Shown: piece after piece, positions 14,108 to 26,662 of the stretch | Layout: every line of letters starts with the position of its first letter | Numbering within the stretch: position 1 is the stretch's first letter | Position numbers and translations under genes: made by a program | Notes under the pieces: generated by a model | Told to the model about the DNA's origin: nothing | Seen by the model: the letters and a program-made list of their open reading frames with translations, nothing else | Database searches by the model: none | Assembly: GCA_964188305.1 (NCBI GenBank) | Contig: OZ076895.1 | Origin: Podarcis bocagei | Lineage: Eukaryota | Reading direction: 5' to 3' (one strand) | DNA: 64,000 bases

Positions 14108-14893
14108 GTCACAACATCATGATGGAGGATTGGGTTAAATTATGGAAAACTGACTTAAAATTTACAGATTGTTCCCTATTGAAGGAGAATTACATGAAGA
14201 TGATGTACAGATGGTACACAACACCAGTGCAGTTAGGGAAAATGTACAAAACTAGTTCAAACATATGTTGGAAGTGTAAGGAAAAGGAGGGAACATTTTA
14301 TCATATGTGGTGGGATTGTAAAGTAATAAAAAAAATTTGGGAAATGATATACAATGAACTGAAGAAAATGTTCCATTTAACATTTGTTAAAAAACCCGAG
14401 GCATTTTTGTTGGGGATTGTAGGGAAAGACCTGCCAAAAAAGTTGAAAAACATCTTCATGTATGCGACAACGGCCGCGAGAGTTTTAATAGCACAAGGAT
14501 GGAAGACTGAAGAAATCCCAACTAAATAATTATGGCAAGAAAAATTGATGGATTATGCAGAACTGGCAAAATTGACTCATAAGCTACGGGACAAGGATAA
14601 CTGTGACTTTAAGGATGAATGGGAACCTTTCACAAAGTATTTGAAGATGCAACAAAGCGAACTGGACTCCTTGGCAGGTTTTGAATAAACAGTCACAATT
14701 TTTTTACTGATAATAATTAGCTAAACAGTTGGAGGATCTATACAACTCTGTAACATGCAGAAAATAGCATTATTGGAGAAATCAAAGACTGGAACTGAGG
14801 GAAGCCGGGGGGGTGGGGGGAGGAAAAATGGGGAGGGAATAAGGATATGTTTTTGGAAAATATGTTTTGTTATAACTTTGAAGAAAAAAAGAA
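14108..14893 (+). mobile_element. 5'-truncated L1-clade LINE (ORF2 C-terminal CCHC domain, 3' UTR, A-rich tail) with 18-bp TSD
   Basis: Encodes ...YRWYTTP...CWKCKEKEGTFYHMWWDC... There is one in-frame stop at 14527-14529 and the frame continues to a stop at 14686-14688. The TSD aagaaaagagaaattatg is at 14090-14107 and 14894-14911. Confidence 0.92.
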
Positions 14894-15174
14894 AAGAAAA
14901 GAGAAATTATGCTTCTCTCACAGGGTGCCAGACCTCAAAAAGAAGGCTAAATGTGAGACTTCTTCTAGCCTTTGAAAATAAGAAGAGCCCTGTTTACATC
15001 AAAGCAAAGCTCTACCTATTCCAGGATCGTTTCCCCCAAAGTGGACATCCAGCTGCCTCTGGGAAGCCCAGAAGCAAGTTATGAGAGCAATAGCTTTCTC
15101 CGAGACTAATATTCAGATGCATGCCGCCTATGATCCTGGAGGTGGTATATAGCCATCATTACTAGTAGTAATTG

Positions 15175-15370
15175 GGCAGTGATTCATACACTGGTAACCT
15201 CAAGACATTATTATTGTGATGTGCTCTGTGTGGGACTCCCCTTGATTTGAACTCTCCAGATGGTGCAAAATGCTGCAGGTTGACTGTTGATGGGGACAGA
15301 CTGCTGCCAGCAGATAGCTCCGGTTTTCAAAAGCTTGCACTGGCTGTCCATACAGTACCAGGCTGCCCAT
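15175..15370 (+). mobile_element. L2 LINE ORF2 C-terminal fragment
   Basis: Decayed SRLDYCN...LQMVQNAAG.LL.G...LHWL motif. Confidence 0.7.
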
Positions 15371-15600
15371 ACGTTTTTAGTTGAGGTCAGACAGGCACCT
15401 TCTGTCTGGCCTAACTTCTGGCAACTTCTTCCAATAGGCATTTTCACTGAATTCTGATTGTTTTAACTGAGTTTTATTTTCCTTCTGAACGTAACTGAGT
15501 GTTATGTTCCTTCTACACCGTTTAGACACTATTGTAATTGGTGTATGAACTGTCTATATATTAAAAATAGCCTTATCCTTCATGGGGTTGCTTAATCCCA

Positions 15601-15815
15601 TTTTATTTATTCATTACATTTATATACCACTTTTCTCTTCCAAGGTGGTATACATGGTTCTCCTCCTCCCCATTTCAACCTCACAACAACCCTGTGAGGT
15701 AGATTAGGCTCAGAGATGGCTACTGACCCAAGGTCACCCAGCAAGCTTCATGGCTGAGTAGGGATTTGAAACATGGTCTCTCAGATCCTAGTCAAACACT
15801 CTAACCATTATGTGA
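15601..15815 (-). mobile_element. MIR-like (CORE) SINE; related pieces at about 13430-13530, 34990-35200 and 43190-43270
   Basis: Contains cctcacaacaaccctgtgaggtag...cccaaggtcacccagcaagcttcatggctgag..gggatttgaa, typical of sauropsid CORE SINEs, with a TTTA tail. Confidence 0.75.
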
Positions 15816-17720
15816 TCATAACCACATCTTGCAGTCCAAGAAATTCCACACTATTATTGTACTGTGTATTTTGGGTCTATGGACTGCAATAAAGCTGTGT
15901 GTGAGAGAGATAAGAAAAATATGTGCTGTGTGAAGTATTTCCTTTTGCCTATCCTGAATCCACCAACATTCAGCTCCATTCACTTTCTCTACACTAGGCA
16001 TAAGCAGCGGTATCTGAAAAGGTTGTAGTCACATTTGCTGTTGTGCCAAAGGAGAGGAGCCAAGATGGAGATGAAATGAAAATCTTTTAGGCAAACCAAA
16101 TCCAAATTGTATGCTGGGGTGCCACACAAGAATGGTTACCATGCCAGTTAGCCAAAATTGATTAATTCGTGACTGTTGTGTGAGCCCAAAGTGCATGCCT
16201 ATAGAGAAGGCTTTCCAATGTGTTTCTGCATGGTTACTACACTGACATTGCCTCCAGTCCATCTCATCAGCCTCCGCAAATGCTAAGTAATTTGGATGCA
16301 TTAGATGTGATTTGACCTGTCAATTGCATTTCTAAGCCTTGTTCTTGCTCTTTCTTCTCTGAGGACTGCCTCTGCCCCAGTGATGCCAAGCCAAATCTGG
16401 TTGGCTACATAGTTCCGTTAAGACATCATATTCACTTCACAATCCCTGACTGGTTGGGAACATCTAGTGAAGAAAGTGCTTTGAAATTTAAGGAACAGCA
16501 CAGCAGTAGATGTGGGGAACAGGTTCCAAAATATATACGCAAGAATGCAAAGTAGATGTTTCTTGAACATCTGCACCCTCAAAATGGCAAATTTCACATA
16601 AAAACAAACACCATGAAAATGCAGCTAACAAGTCCTGAATAGTTTAGCTTACTGTTGTTAATATAGGTTATCTGTGCAACTTAATAACTGCAAGGTCTGA
16701 CAGAAATTTGATACAAATAACAAATGAACAACCTCATATACACCAATATGAGAACAGAGCCTCTCTGGGTAACATAAAGGAAAGAGAGAGCTTCTGACTA
16801 CTTTGCTCTCCCTTTACCCTTATTGTCAAGACTTACACTGCAAACTACAGGGCAGAGCCCCCCCCCCCCCACTTACACTGTTTTGCAAAGCAGCATCTAC
16901 AGTGATGGTGCTATATGCATAAATAATAAATAAACAGACACCCAAAGCAAAGGGAGTGCAGTAACGATTATCAAATTAATGAATGCAATGTTTCATTTAG
17001 GCCTTTTCTCTTTAATGTGTTTTAACCCGGCTGGCTGCCTACCTGTCTTGCCATACAAAATTAAAGCCTGGGGAGGAGAGTGGGGATTTCAGCATACCTC
17101 TAAAACGGAACACAGCCAATTAGAACAAATTGGAAGGCTGTTCAGCCTCCATCTTTCTCTCACAGATGGATGTAATTCAGAACAGATTTTACATGCACAG
17201 GAAACCAGATTGCAACATTTTTCTATGTAAGGCTTTTCAGGCTGAATACACAAACGCCTTATGAGTCTCATGAGGCGACGCTGATTTGCGACTGCAGCTA
17301 CTGGCTCTGCCATGATGCTGTTTCACTGAGCACTAAACACCACCGTCCTTTAATGTGGCTCATCTTCCAAATACAGTGGCATTCACATAGTTCCCGTCAC
17401 TGACCAACAATGCATCTGTGGTTCTGCTATAATTAATGCTCTTGCTGCTTTTGACACCCCTGAAAATATTAATGAGTTTAATAGACCAATCCTATGCTTG
17501 TTTACTTGGATCTAAGTCTCACTGTGTTCAGTGGAGTTTACTCCTAGGCAAGTATGCACAGGATACAACGTCAGACAGACGTAGTAGGATGGGGAGACAA
17601 TCTGTTTTGCCTAAACAGGAGACAAAAGTCAGGGCATGACAAGGCACTATATTTAGAATCATGTCTCTGCCTTCAGTTACAGGGTTATTGTCCGTGGACT
17701 TAGGCATCTATATAGTTGCA

Positions 17721-17927
17721 GATTCAGGTAGGTAGACGTGTTGGTCTGATGCAGTCAAAATAACTTAAAAAATTGTCCAGCAGCACCTTAGAGACCAACT
17801 AAGTTTGTTCTGGGTATAAGCTTTCGTGTGCATGTATCTGAAGAAGTGTGCATGTACATGAAAGCTTATACCCAGAACAAACTTAGTTGGTCTCTAAGGT
17901 ACTACTGGTCAATTTTTTAATTTTTTT
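17721..17927. mobile_element. Penelope-like (PLE) terminal-repeat fold-back element with 12-bp TSD
   Basis: 68-bp inverted arms at 17767-17834 and 17851-17918 (5 mismatches). TSD tatatagttgca at 17709-17720 and 17928-17939. The sequence resembles reptile Penelope terminal repeats (ttagttggtctctaaggtgc). Confidence 0.8.
17834..17871 (+). ncRNA. Putative minimal type-I hammerhead ribozyme motif within the PLE-like element
   Basis: Reads GUAU-CUGAAGA-A-GUGUG(CAUG)UACAU-GAAA-GC-UU/AUAC. It has both core boxes, helix I GUAU/AUAC, helix II with G-U wobbles, and a palindromic AGCU in place of helix III. Confidence 0.6.
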
Positions 17928-19465
17928 TATATAGTTGCAATTATGGATAGCATAATTATGGACTTTCCATCCAAATGGCTTTTTGTTTTTCTCTGCATTA
18001 GCCTCATTTAGGATCAAGGGTGATGGGAGCTGGGAGCCAACAGCATCTGGAGGGCACCACACTGACTACCCTTGCTTAGAGCATTGCAATATGAATCATG
18101 TTTTGAACTTGTGTCCTTGAGCTCCATTGGCAGAAGCTTGCCTAGTCAGGACATTCCATAGGAGAGGCAATGGAAAGGATCTTTCTTCAGGACTCTTAAC
18201 AGTAAGAATGGCTACAGTGTTGAGCCATCATGCTAGGTTGCAAGCAAAAGATATTCTGATTGGCCCAATGTTATTTTATCTTATTCATTTATGGAGGTAT
18301 CCAATGAAGTAGATCTGTTAGTGCAAGGATGTCCACTTGCACAATGGCACTTCTACTCCCTGTCCTGTGCTGTCCCCAAATCTGCTCCAGAAAAAATATA
18401 GGAGGCTCACAGGAAGTAGAGAGGAGAAGTTCTGTTGCACAGCCAAAAGTCCTTGTGATAATGGAACTACTTGGTTGGATACTGCCCTTAAGAAAGTGGA
18501 AATTCTGGAGACTGATGCCATGCAGGTAGTTACGAGGGTGGCAGTTGAGCCCATGATTTGTTTTACTTGTTTGTAATACATATTTTACAAAAACACAACT
18601 TAGGGGTGCCCTGCTCCTCCCTCTGAAAGTGCATGCGGACAAACAGAGAAATTATTTCTCAACCAAGAAAAGGGTGCTTCCTTAACTGTTTTGCCACTGC
18701 TCATTCATTAAGAGTTTCATCTTGCTGTGTGCAGTCACCTTGGTGGAATCACTGCTCACAAGTTAACAGTCTCATTACACAGAAAAGGCTTCATTTCCCC
18801 ACCTCCAGCAACATAATAACAGATATAAAATAGCACAAGAGTGGAAAATCTTCACAACTTCATCCAGTCCTTTAGCAGTGACTCATTCCTCAGATCGGTT
18901 CTCCCTAGTGACCTGCTCTTTCGGTCTGACATTCGTCTGCTGAAATAAAAAGGGGGTTACACAAAATCTGGCGAGCACGGGAGACCTGCTGGATCTGCCA
19001 GGCACTGCTTTGCTATGTGTGCCTCTTTGGCTGCCAGTGCAACTTAATTAGTGCTCACCATCACCACCACCCCACAGACAAAAAAAGTTAACGTTTTGTT
19101 TCCCTTGGCAACCCAGATTCACAGAGTTTCAGTGGTGTCATATCAAGCTCTCTTATGTGCTGTGAGTATGCAGTTTCTGTATATGCCAACTTTTTTTTCT
19201 GTTTCTTCAGCACTTTGTGAGCAAGGTGTGTGAGAGTAATGAGTTGTAGGAATTGTCGGGATCAAGACTGTAACAGGGATTGGCAAGGTCCAGGAATCAG
19301 TTGAATGGGTTTACAGCTCAAAGGGGCAAACCAACTGTCACCAGAGTTCAACATGGGGTGTACAGTCCCCTCCAAGGGAAGCTGGGAACATGAAGCATGG
19401 ATGGATATCGTAAGGACCACTATATGAAACTGCCCAAGCCCTGAAATTGGCATTGGAGACTCTAG

Positions 19466-19740
19466 CAGGGCCAGCCCACCCATGAAGCAAGGTGAGGTGA
19501 TTGCCTTGGGTGGCAAAATCCACAGGGGCAGCAGATCCGGCCTCCAAGGAATGCTTCGCCCCACTGCTGCTGCCCCTGCCACAGCGGCAGCAACAGCTGT
19601 GGTGAGCTCCTTGGATACAGGATCTGCTGCCTCCTTGGCATCCCCCTCCTTGGCAACTGCCTCTTGATGGATAGGAGACCTGGCAGGAGGACACCATTTT
19701 GAGGTTCGCCTCAGGTGCCGTGTGGGCAGAGCCTGCTCTC
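19466..19740 (+). mobile_element. hAT-like non-autonomous element, same family as 39072-39440 in opposite orientation
   Basis: Starts cagggccagcccacccatga and shares ccacaggggcagcagatcc and ttcgcctcaggtgc with the 39-kb copy. Confidence 0.65.
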
Positions 19741-19789
19741 TGCTCTGTCTCTATTGGACAGTGTGGAACAGAGCAAGTCTATTTCTCTT

Positions 19790-20335
19790 ACTCAGTGTCT
19801 CAATGGCTTTGGATACCACTCACCATGATATCCACCTGGAGTGACTTTTCAGGATGGGCACTGGAGGCACTTTATTACAGTGGGCACTACTTGTGCAGGC
19901 AGGTCCAGACAGCAGCACTGGGGGAGTGCTCTTTAGCCCCCTGGCACTTGTGCCATGGAGTTCCATGGGCCACATTTTGTCCCCAGTTTTACTTAACATC
20001 TGCATGAAGCCATTGAGAAGAGTCACTGGGTGTTTCAGAGCATAGTGTTATCAATTTGCTGGTGATACACATCTCTGTTTCTCCATAACATTTGAATCAG
20101 GAGTGGCTGTGCAAGCGCTGGACCAGAGCCTGGATAAACTGAGCTTGAATCTGGAAAGATAAAGGCTCTGTGGACAAGAGGCTCCCATATCCAGAAGATA
20201 GACAATTGCTTGTTCTGGGCATGGTCACACTCCCTTTAAAGGAGCAGGCACATAACTTGGGGTACTGCTTGATAAACCTTTGTCATTAGAGGCTCATGGT
20301 ACCTCTGGGTCTAAGATATCTTTTACCAGTTTTAT
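19790..20335 (+). mobile_element. Decayed L2 LINE reverse-transcriptase fragment
   Basis: Frameshifted motifs corresponding to AFDT.DH, GVP.G.ILSP.L.NI.MKPL and (Y/F)A.DT.L. Confidence 0.8.
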
Positions 20336-20904
20336 CTGTAACATGGGATACAGGGAAGTGAGTGGCACACAGGTTGAGAGCTGGCAAACAAACACAGGCT
20401 GGCATCAATACAGCAAAAGGAGAACCAGAGAAGCAAGACAATGTGAAGATCTAGGTACAAATATGTATATACCAGGTCAGGTTAGGTCATGGAGCACGAA
20501 TGACCTATGTTTGATCGAAGGGAGAATATTATTTCTCCTCTAGATTCTGCAACCACCGAAGCCCCCAGTGTGTGGATAAGAAGCTTCCAGCCTTGCTTAC
20601 TCTGCCAGTGCTATGTTGCTAAGGTAAAGCTGACTACAAACCATTTATAGGAACCAATCAGAGCACTCAGAGGTAGAGTTAGCTGAGAAGCTTCTTCAGA
20701 GAATACTGTCTTCTGCAAGCCATGCCTTGCAGTATATGAATTCTTGTCTATGGACCCAGGATTCTGCTTTTTAAGCTACCTCATACTGACACAATGATAC
20801 TACTTGTAAATTGTATTTCTTTCCACGGCTGTCCCTCACTGTCAGGACAAGTATCCACCGTGGGTCCTGAACCTGGGATGCCAGGCATCAATTCAGCCTA
20901 GAAA

Positions 20905-21090
20905 TATAGGAATGTATCTAATATCAAGTCAGACCATAGGTCCATCTAGCTTAGTACTGTCTACACTGACGGGCAGTGGCTTCCCAGGGTTTCAGTCAGT
21001 GATCTTTCCCAGCCCGTAACTACTGATGCCTGAGATTGAACCTGGGACCTTTTGCATGCAAAGCATGTGCTCTGCCACTGAGCTATGACA
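20905..21090 (-). mobile_element. tRNA-Ala(TGC)-like headed squamate SINE (Squam2-like); other copies at about 32395-32780 (-), 32843-33030 (+), 42930-43105 (+) and head only at about 36620-36690
   Basis: The minus strand reads atagctcagtggcagagcacatgctttgcatgcaaaaggtcccaggttcaat (A and B boxes), then ...gctagatggacc.atggtctgact... tail. The family name is tentative. Confidence 0.78.
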
Positions 21091-22380
21091 GTAAGACCAC
21101 ATAGAGAAACAAAGACCCCTGTTAACAACAATAGGGCACAGCTGGTCATGCAATATTTCCTGGCTCCTATAAAAGCTTTGAAATCAGGATGGCTCAGTAA
21201 CTGAGTAAGGGCCTATGCTGGTGTATTTCCAGAGGAAGCTGTGCGCCTCAAAAAATGATAGCAGCAATTACGTAGTAGGTTTTTAAGCTTCTGTAAGCAC
21301 AGAAGAGCACGCACATTGACTGTGATAACATAAAACAATAATAATGAAATTAACAAGCTGTCTAGATCAATGAATGCCGAGACACAAATTGACTGAGAAC
21401 ACTAAATATCGAATAGTAAAGGAGAAAGAGTAGGATATGGAAGACTGGCCCTAGACCAAGTGCTGTCCTAGGCAGAGAGAATTTTACAATTCTGAAAACG
21501 TTCAACTTTTGAAAACCGGGTTTTTGGTTGCATTTTAGCTCTTTTCATGACTTTGATGCATAATTTGCATGCATGACTGATCTCCTGTCAAACAAATATA
21601 ATAAATTTGAATGCTGGATCGTGATCACTCACATGCACACGTTGAATCGGCTCTGATGTTGCAAATTTTTCCATGAATTTAAAACAAAAGCAAACGAAAC
21701 CTAAACATTAGCACAATGCTGGTTGTGCAGATCCATGTTGCCAGCTTTACAAGTTAAGAGGGTTTCTTTTATTTTAGCTGCTGAGCCAAGCGCCCCCCCC
21801 CCACCAAAAAATGGTCACAGAGGGGAGATAGCAAAGTGAGTGGAATAAACTGCTCCATCTTCTCACTTTGTCACTGCTTGCTTGCTCTGAAAGGGTAGGT
21901 GAACAGCCAGCAACAAGCAGGAGGAGATGGAGGCCAAGAGGCTTAACACTGCTCCCCCCCACCCTGCAGGAGTGTGGGCCTTGGCAAGTACCCAACGATG
22001 CCTGCTCCTGACAACACCCCCAAATGTGGGCTAAAAGTGGTTTGAGAGTGGGCATCTAAAAAAATCTCTGTGCAAGCAGGTTACTGCTGTTTTGATACAG
22101 AACTGTTATTTTGGTTGTACCATTTCAACAGTAGATCTTTGGCCTCTGCCCAATAAAATCTGAGTGCTTGCTCCCATCTTCCTCCTCCTCCGCTTCTTTC
22201 TTCTCAGTTAGCATTGAGGAACAGAAGACTTGGGAGAAAGAACAGAGGTGGGGTTCCTTCCATCCAATCTGCTTCTTCCTTCTTCCCCAGGGCTGAAATG
22301 GCTGACCAGCAGCCTTAATATGCAAAGCAGGGGCACGATGTTCTATCCATCTAGGCATGCTAGGGAACTGGGAAGTCTTT

Positions 22381-22835
22381 ATTATTTATTTATTTATTTT
22401 TTAAAAAATGATTGTAAAAAAATGCCTCAAAGCAGCTTACAAAAGTTAAAACATTAAAATCAAGGAAAAAATCACAACCATACTTTAAAATATGCAAGAG
22501 ATAAAATACTACAACAGATTAAACTACCCCAACTTTCTCAACATCTGGGTAGGCTTGTTTAAACAATAATGTTTTTAGCAGGTGCCAGAAAGAGTACAGT
22601 GAAAGAGCTTGCTTGATCTCAATAAGCAGGGAGTTCCAAAGTGTAGGTGCTGCCACTCTAAATGATCAAGTTCTTACAAATGCAGAACAGGTATCACATA
22701 GCGTGGTAGTAGTGCCAATACTGCTGATCAAAGCAGTCAAGTGAGCACATGTGGGGTAAGGCAATTTCATAGGCAAGATGGTCCCAAGTTGTTAAGGGCT
22801 TTATATACCAATAGTAACACCTTGGATTTGGCCAA
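22381..22835 (-). mobile_element. 5'-truncated L2 3' end, same subfamily as 60868-61300
   Basis: Collinear similarity to 60870-61300 (cctcaaagcag.ttacaaaag, ggtaggcttgt.taaa, gttcttacaaatgc.gaa, ggtcccaagttgttaa). Confidence 0.8.
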
Positions 22836-25800
22836 GAAGTCTTACATAGAGAAAACCACAGCCATTTCCCACTTTAAGTAAATTATTTAACTAAATAAGT
22901 AATTCCAGTAATATCCCAGGACATCTGCACGAATATTGCAGGTTTTCTTGGCATTTGCTTTCAATATGCATTTTAATTTTACAGACTAAGTGCCAAGAGT
23001 GCTTGATAGGCATGAAGAAGGGGGGAGCGCAGGGGAATGAGGGGAAAGAAGAGTATCTCATCTGCCCATTTAGGGTAATGAACGCACACTTAATGCTTTC
23101 ATGTGTCATCTCAGGTCAGGCTGCTATGGCTATGAGCATAAGATGGATAAACACAGCAATAAAGTAGACGCAAACATACATGAAGATGGCAGACTTAGCT
23201 CTGGCTTTGAGCTCTGTATATAATGTTCAGATGGGAAGAAAGGGAATATTCTAAATGCAGACTGTCTCCACTCCCGGGGGGGGGGGGAATCTAATGATAC
23301 TTGCTTTAAAAAAAAGCCACATGCCCTCTGATGAGTGCAAGACCAGGACAGCAGGCAAAAGCAAACAAATAGCAGGGGGAAGAGGGTAAGGACAGAGAAA
23401 AACATATCTGGCCTCTAATCCTCCCATCCCTACCAGCCTTTTTTCTGAGGGTTCATATGGGTCTTTCCACTTACTTTGCCAACTGCCATCTTGCTGCACC
23501 CTAAGTCCTATCCTCCTTGGTCATTTCCCATGCTTGTTAGCGCTGACAGGAATTGTAGTTCAGCAGCATCTGGAAGGCCAAAGGTTCCCCACATCTAGGC
23601 CAAGATGCTGCTACAACATAAAATCCCTACTCTGCTTGCCTACCCTTCCTAAAATAAATCATTTCGTATTGATAGTGAGAGTGCATAGCAAATGCAGAAT
23701 CATTCAACATCCAGCATCACTAACAAGAGAAGCAAACTGATAGTGTTGCTGAGCAGTGTGACATACCCTACAACATTCCTGAAATGAAAATAGGGACATA
23801 TTCTACATTCCCCCACTCACCACTTTCTTTATGAGAGACTGGCTGACTGGGGAGTGGGGAAACAGTGAAAAACTTTCTTAGGGGCATTCAAGCAACTCAG
23901 ATCTTGTTTTCATAAAAACAGGAAGTAACACCATTTTAAGTGGGGGAGCGGGAGAGGAAGGCACAGATCTAAGCAACGTATTAGAGGGATGCATGAATCT
24001 GAACTTCCAGTAACACGTTGAAATGCTGTACTGAAGGGAAGGCCCCTTGGGAATTAGGGACTCTGTGTGAAAAAGTGAGAAGCCATGATAGCTTAAGGGT
24101 TTTCGTGATGATTCCAGTATTGTCGGGGCAGTTGGAAGGTATGGTGTGAACATTAGCTAATGTCCAAGACTTGGGTGGAGGAGGTTAAAAGCATTCTCTG
24201 CACATGTGTAGGAACTATTCTCAGCTGGAGAACTTCCAGACCACAGTGCTTGTCTTGCATTTGATGATAGCATTAGAAGCTGTCAGGGTGAAATCTCCAA
24301 GCCAAGAAACTAGAAACTCAGTGACATATTTAACCAGGAATAATACTGTATTGTATAAGACTAGAATTTAAAGAAGCACATTCTGTTCACAAGCTCCCTG
24401 ATAGTCAAGACACATTCTTTGATAGTATCGTACAATTCAATTTGGAAAGTAAAGGGCCTTTAATTTTTGTTATACTTCCTTCTAACTTGAAAATAGTCTA
24501 CAACTTGTGTACAAGTTGAGTTATAGAGCAGAAAGGTCATCAAGCACATGTAAAAAATTCCTAAGGATAATTCAAAGTTTTGAAAACATAGTATTAGAAT
24601 ATTAACAAATTGTGATTAAAGAGCTTCCTACGGAATGGACTTCCCCTAAGGTATGAAAAAACCAGGCAGCATTTTATACAGAGGTTTGCAATTCTCCAGC
24701 TGTTTTTGCTTCAAATACTAGTAAAAAGAAGCATTAAAAGAACTATCTGGAATGAAAGGATGGGAACACTAGACTCTGCTCACTGTTGCTAGGCACCAAG
24801 TGATGTGCAGAGGCCTGCGATGAGCCAGGCTTGAAGGGAGATGCATATATTTGTCCTAATGAACACAGAATCTCATTAAAATCAAGAGATGGGTTGAACT
24901 ATTAAGACAGCTTTGTCCAAGTTGTTCAAAATGCAATGTGAGCTTTGGATTCCTCCCCTTTTGAGGGGTCACTAGAATTTAATCTTGTCTCAGTTTCATT
25001 ATCTGCAGATGTCCCTTTTCAGGATAATGCACTGCCACTTTTTAACACAATAGGCTCCCTTGTCACAGTTATGCGGCATAGAAGTTGCCTAAAGTAGCTC
25101 AGTGGTGGTTCAAATAAAATGGTTTGTGTCTGTGTGTGGGTACCATTTGGCAAAGTGTCAAACTCTGGTTCAAGCACATTTAGCTACCAGCAGATTTGGA
25201 GAGGCTCTCTCCCACTGGACAATTGCTATGTAATTTATTTCAAGTAGCACTTTATTAAGGTACATGCTCCTGTTTTCTTAATTGCTTTGCAACTGTTTTG
25301 TTCAGTTGCACCTTGTCGGGGGAGGGGAGAGAAATTAGCAGTGTTTCTTTATACTCTGATGAGTCACTGGAAGAGGCACTGCTCATTGGAGGAGACAGGA
25401 CTTTGTGCCATGATGAGTGACTGGAAGCACTAACATCTTGTCTATGGAATGTGGGCCTGGAGAGCATACATAGACTCATCCATATTGCTGCAGCCAAATT
25501 AACAGAGAATATCATCATACTGAATTTCTGGACTTGAAACAAGATAAATATGTTTGTGCATGTGCAATTGAATCTCAGAATAAGCAAACAGGCTCTAGTC
25601 TTTGACTAAATTTTGAAGTCTCCAGCCTGATATTCCTCTGAATTGTTGGTATTTTGTGTATGTTTCATATATCACTGTACTCTGGATGGTTAAAAAAGAA
25701 ACATTTATAACGTCACCTTTTTTTTGTCTTTACCACAGCTAAATGCTTCCATTATTGATCCTGATGATTGCAGCGCATAGAGTATTTAGCCACTAAATCA

Positions 25801-26560
25801 TGCAAAAGGTGTTCCCTCTTATGTTGGCATCAACTACAAGCTGTCTGCATTCAGCCAATTAATTTTACCTAGCATTGGCGGAAGTGTGCCAGATCTTCCA
25901 AGGAGAAAGATGTGCTCATGTCCCTTCTCTGCCAGCTATACAGCTCTTCCAGATGACTCCTTGTGCATGAAGAAAAGACAGAGGAGTCTCTCTGCCCTGA
26001 TCCACTGCTCTGACAGAACAGAAAGTCTTTGGGACAATGACTCACCAGTGTTGGGAGGTGACTTATTGGTTTTTTGATCTACTTTGAATCACTCTTCTGC
26101 CTGTTTGAGGCTTCCCATTCTGGCCCCTCCTCATTTTTTATCAGCATTGTGTAATGCAAATTAAGCAGTAGCATTGCAGCACTGTTTTCTCTGCTATGAT
26201 TTTTTTGTGTCTTCCTTTCTAAATAAGTGCATCCAAGGCTCCAATGTGCATCAAACGGGGCCTATGGGATTCCTTCTGTACATCACAGCATCAACTTCAT
26301 TCATCCATTCTGCACTCAGAGTAAGATAGTTTCCATCTTCATTTAGGTTAGGGCTGAGATCAATGTACACTTGTGATTGGAGTAAGACAAGGAACAGGCA
26401 ATGAAGGATGGGAGTTGAGCAAACATGAAAGTTTTCCACACTGAAGGTCCTGGTTTTCCTGGCCATGGTTCACAGCCAGCATGCCCAGGAACAAGAGAAA
26501 ATTCTGGCCATCCATGCAATAACAACAAGCTGAAAATGTCCTAATGTGTCCCTGGTAGGT

Positions 26561-26662
26561 TTCCCCAGCCACTCTGGGCGGTTCCCAACCAAATATTAAA
26601 AACACAATACAGCAATAAACATTAAAAACTTCCCTAAACAGGGCTGCCTTCAGATGTCTTCA
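26561..26662 (-). mobile_element. Short L2 3' terminal fragment
   Basis: ttccccagccactctgggcgg...aaaaacttccctaaacagggctgccttcagatgtctt resembles lacertid L2 3' ends. Confidence 0.55.

Noticed and set aside
14119-14529. Host zinc-finger gene
   Set aside because: It is the L1 ORF2 C-terminus, 5'-truncated and bounded by a TSD.
20337-20791. Possible solo LTR (TGTAAC...TGACA)
   Set aside because: There is no matching TSD and no second copy in the window, so I cannot support it.
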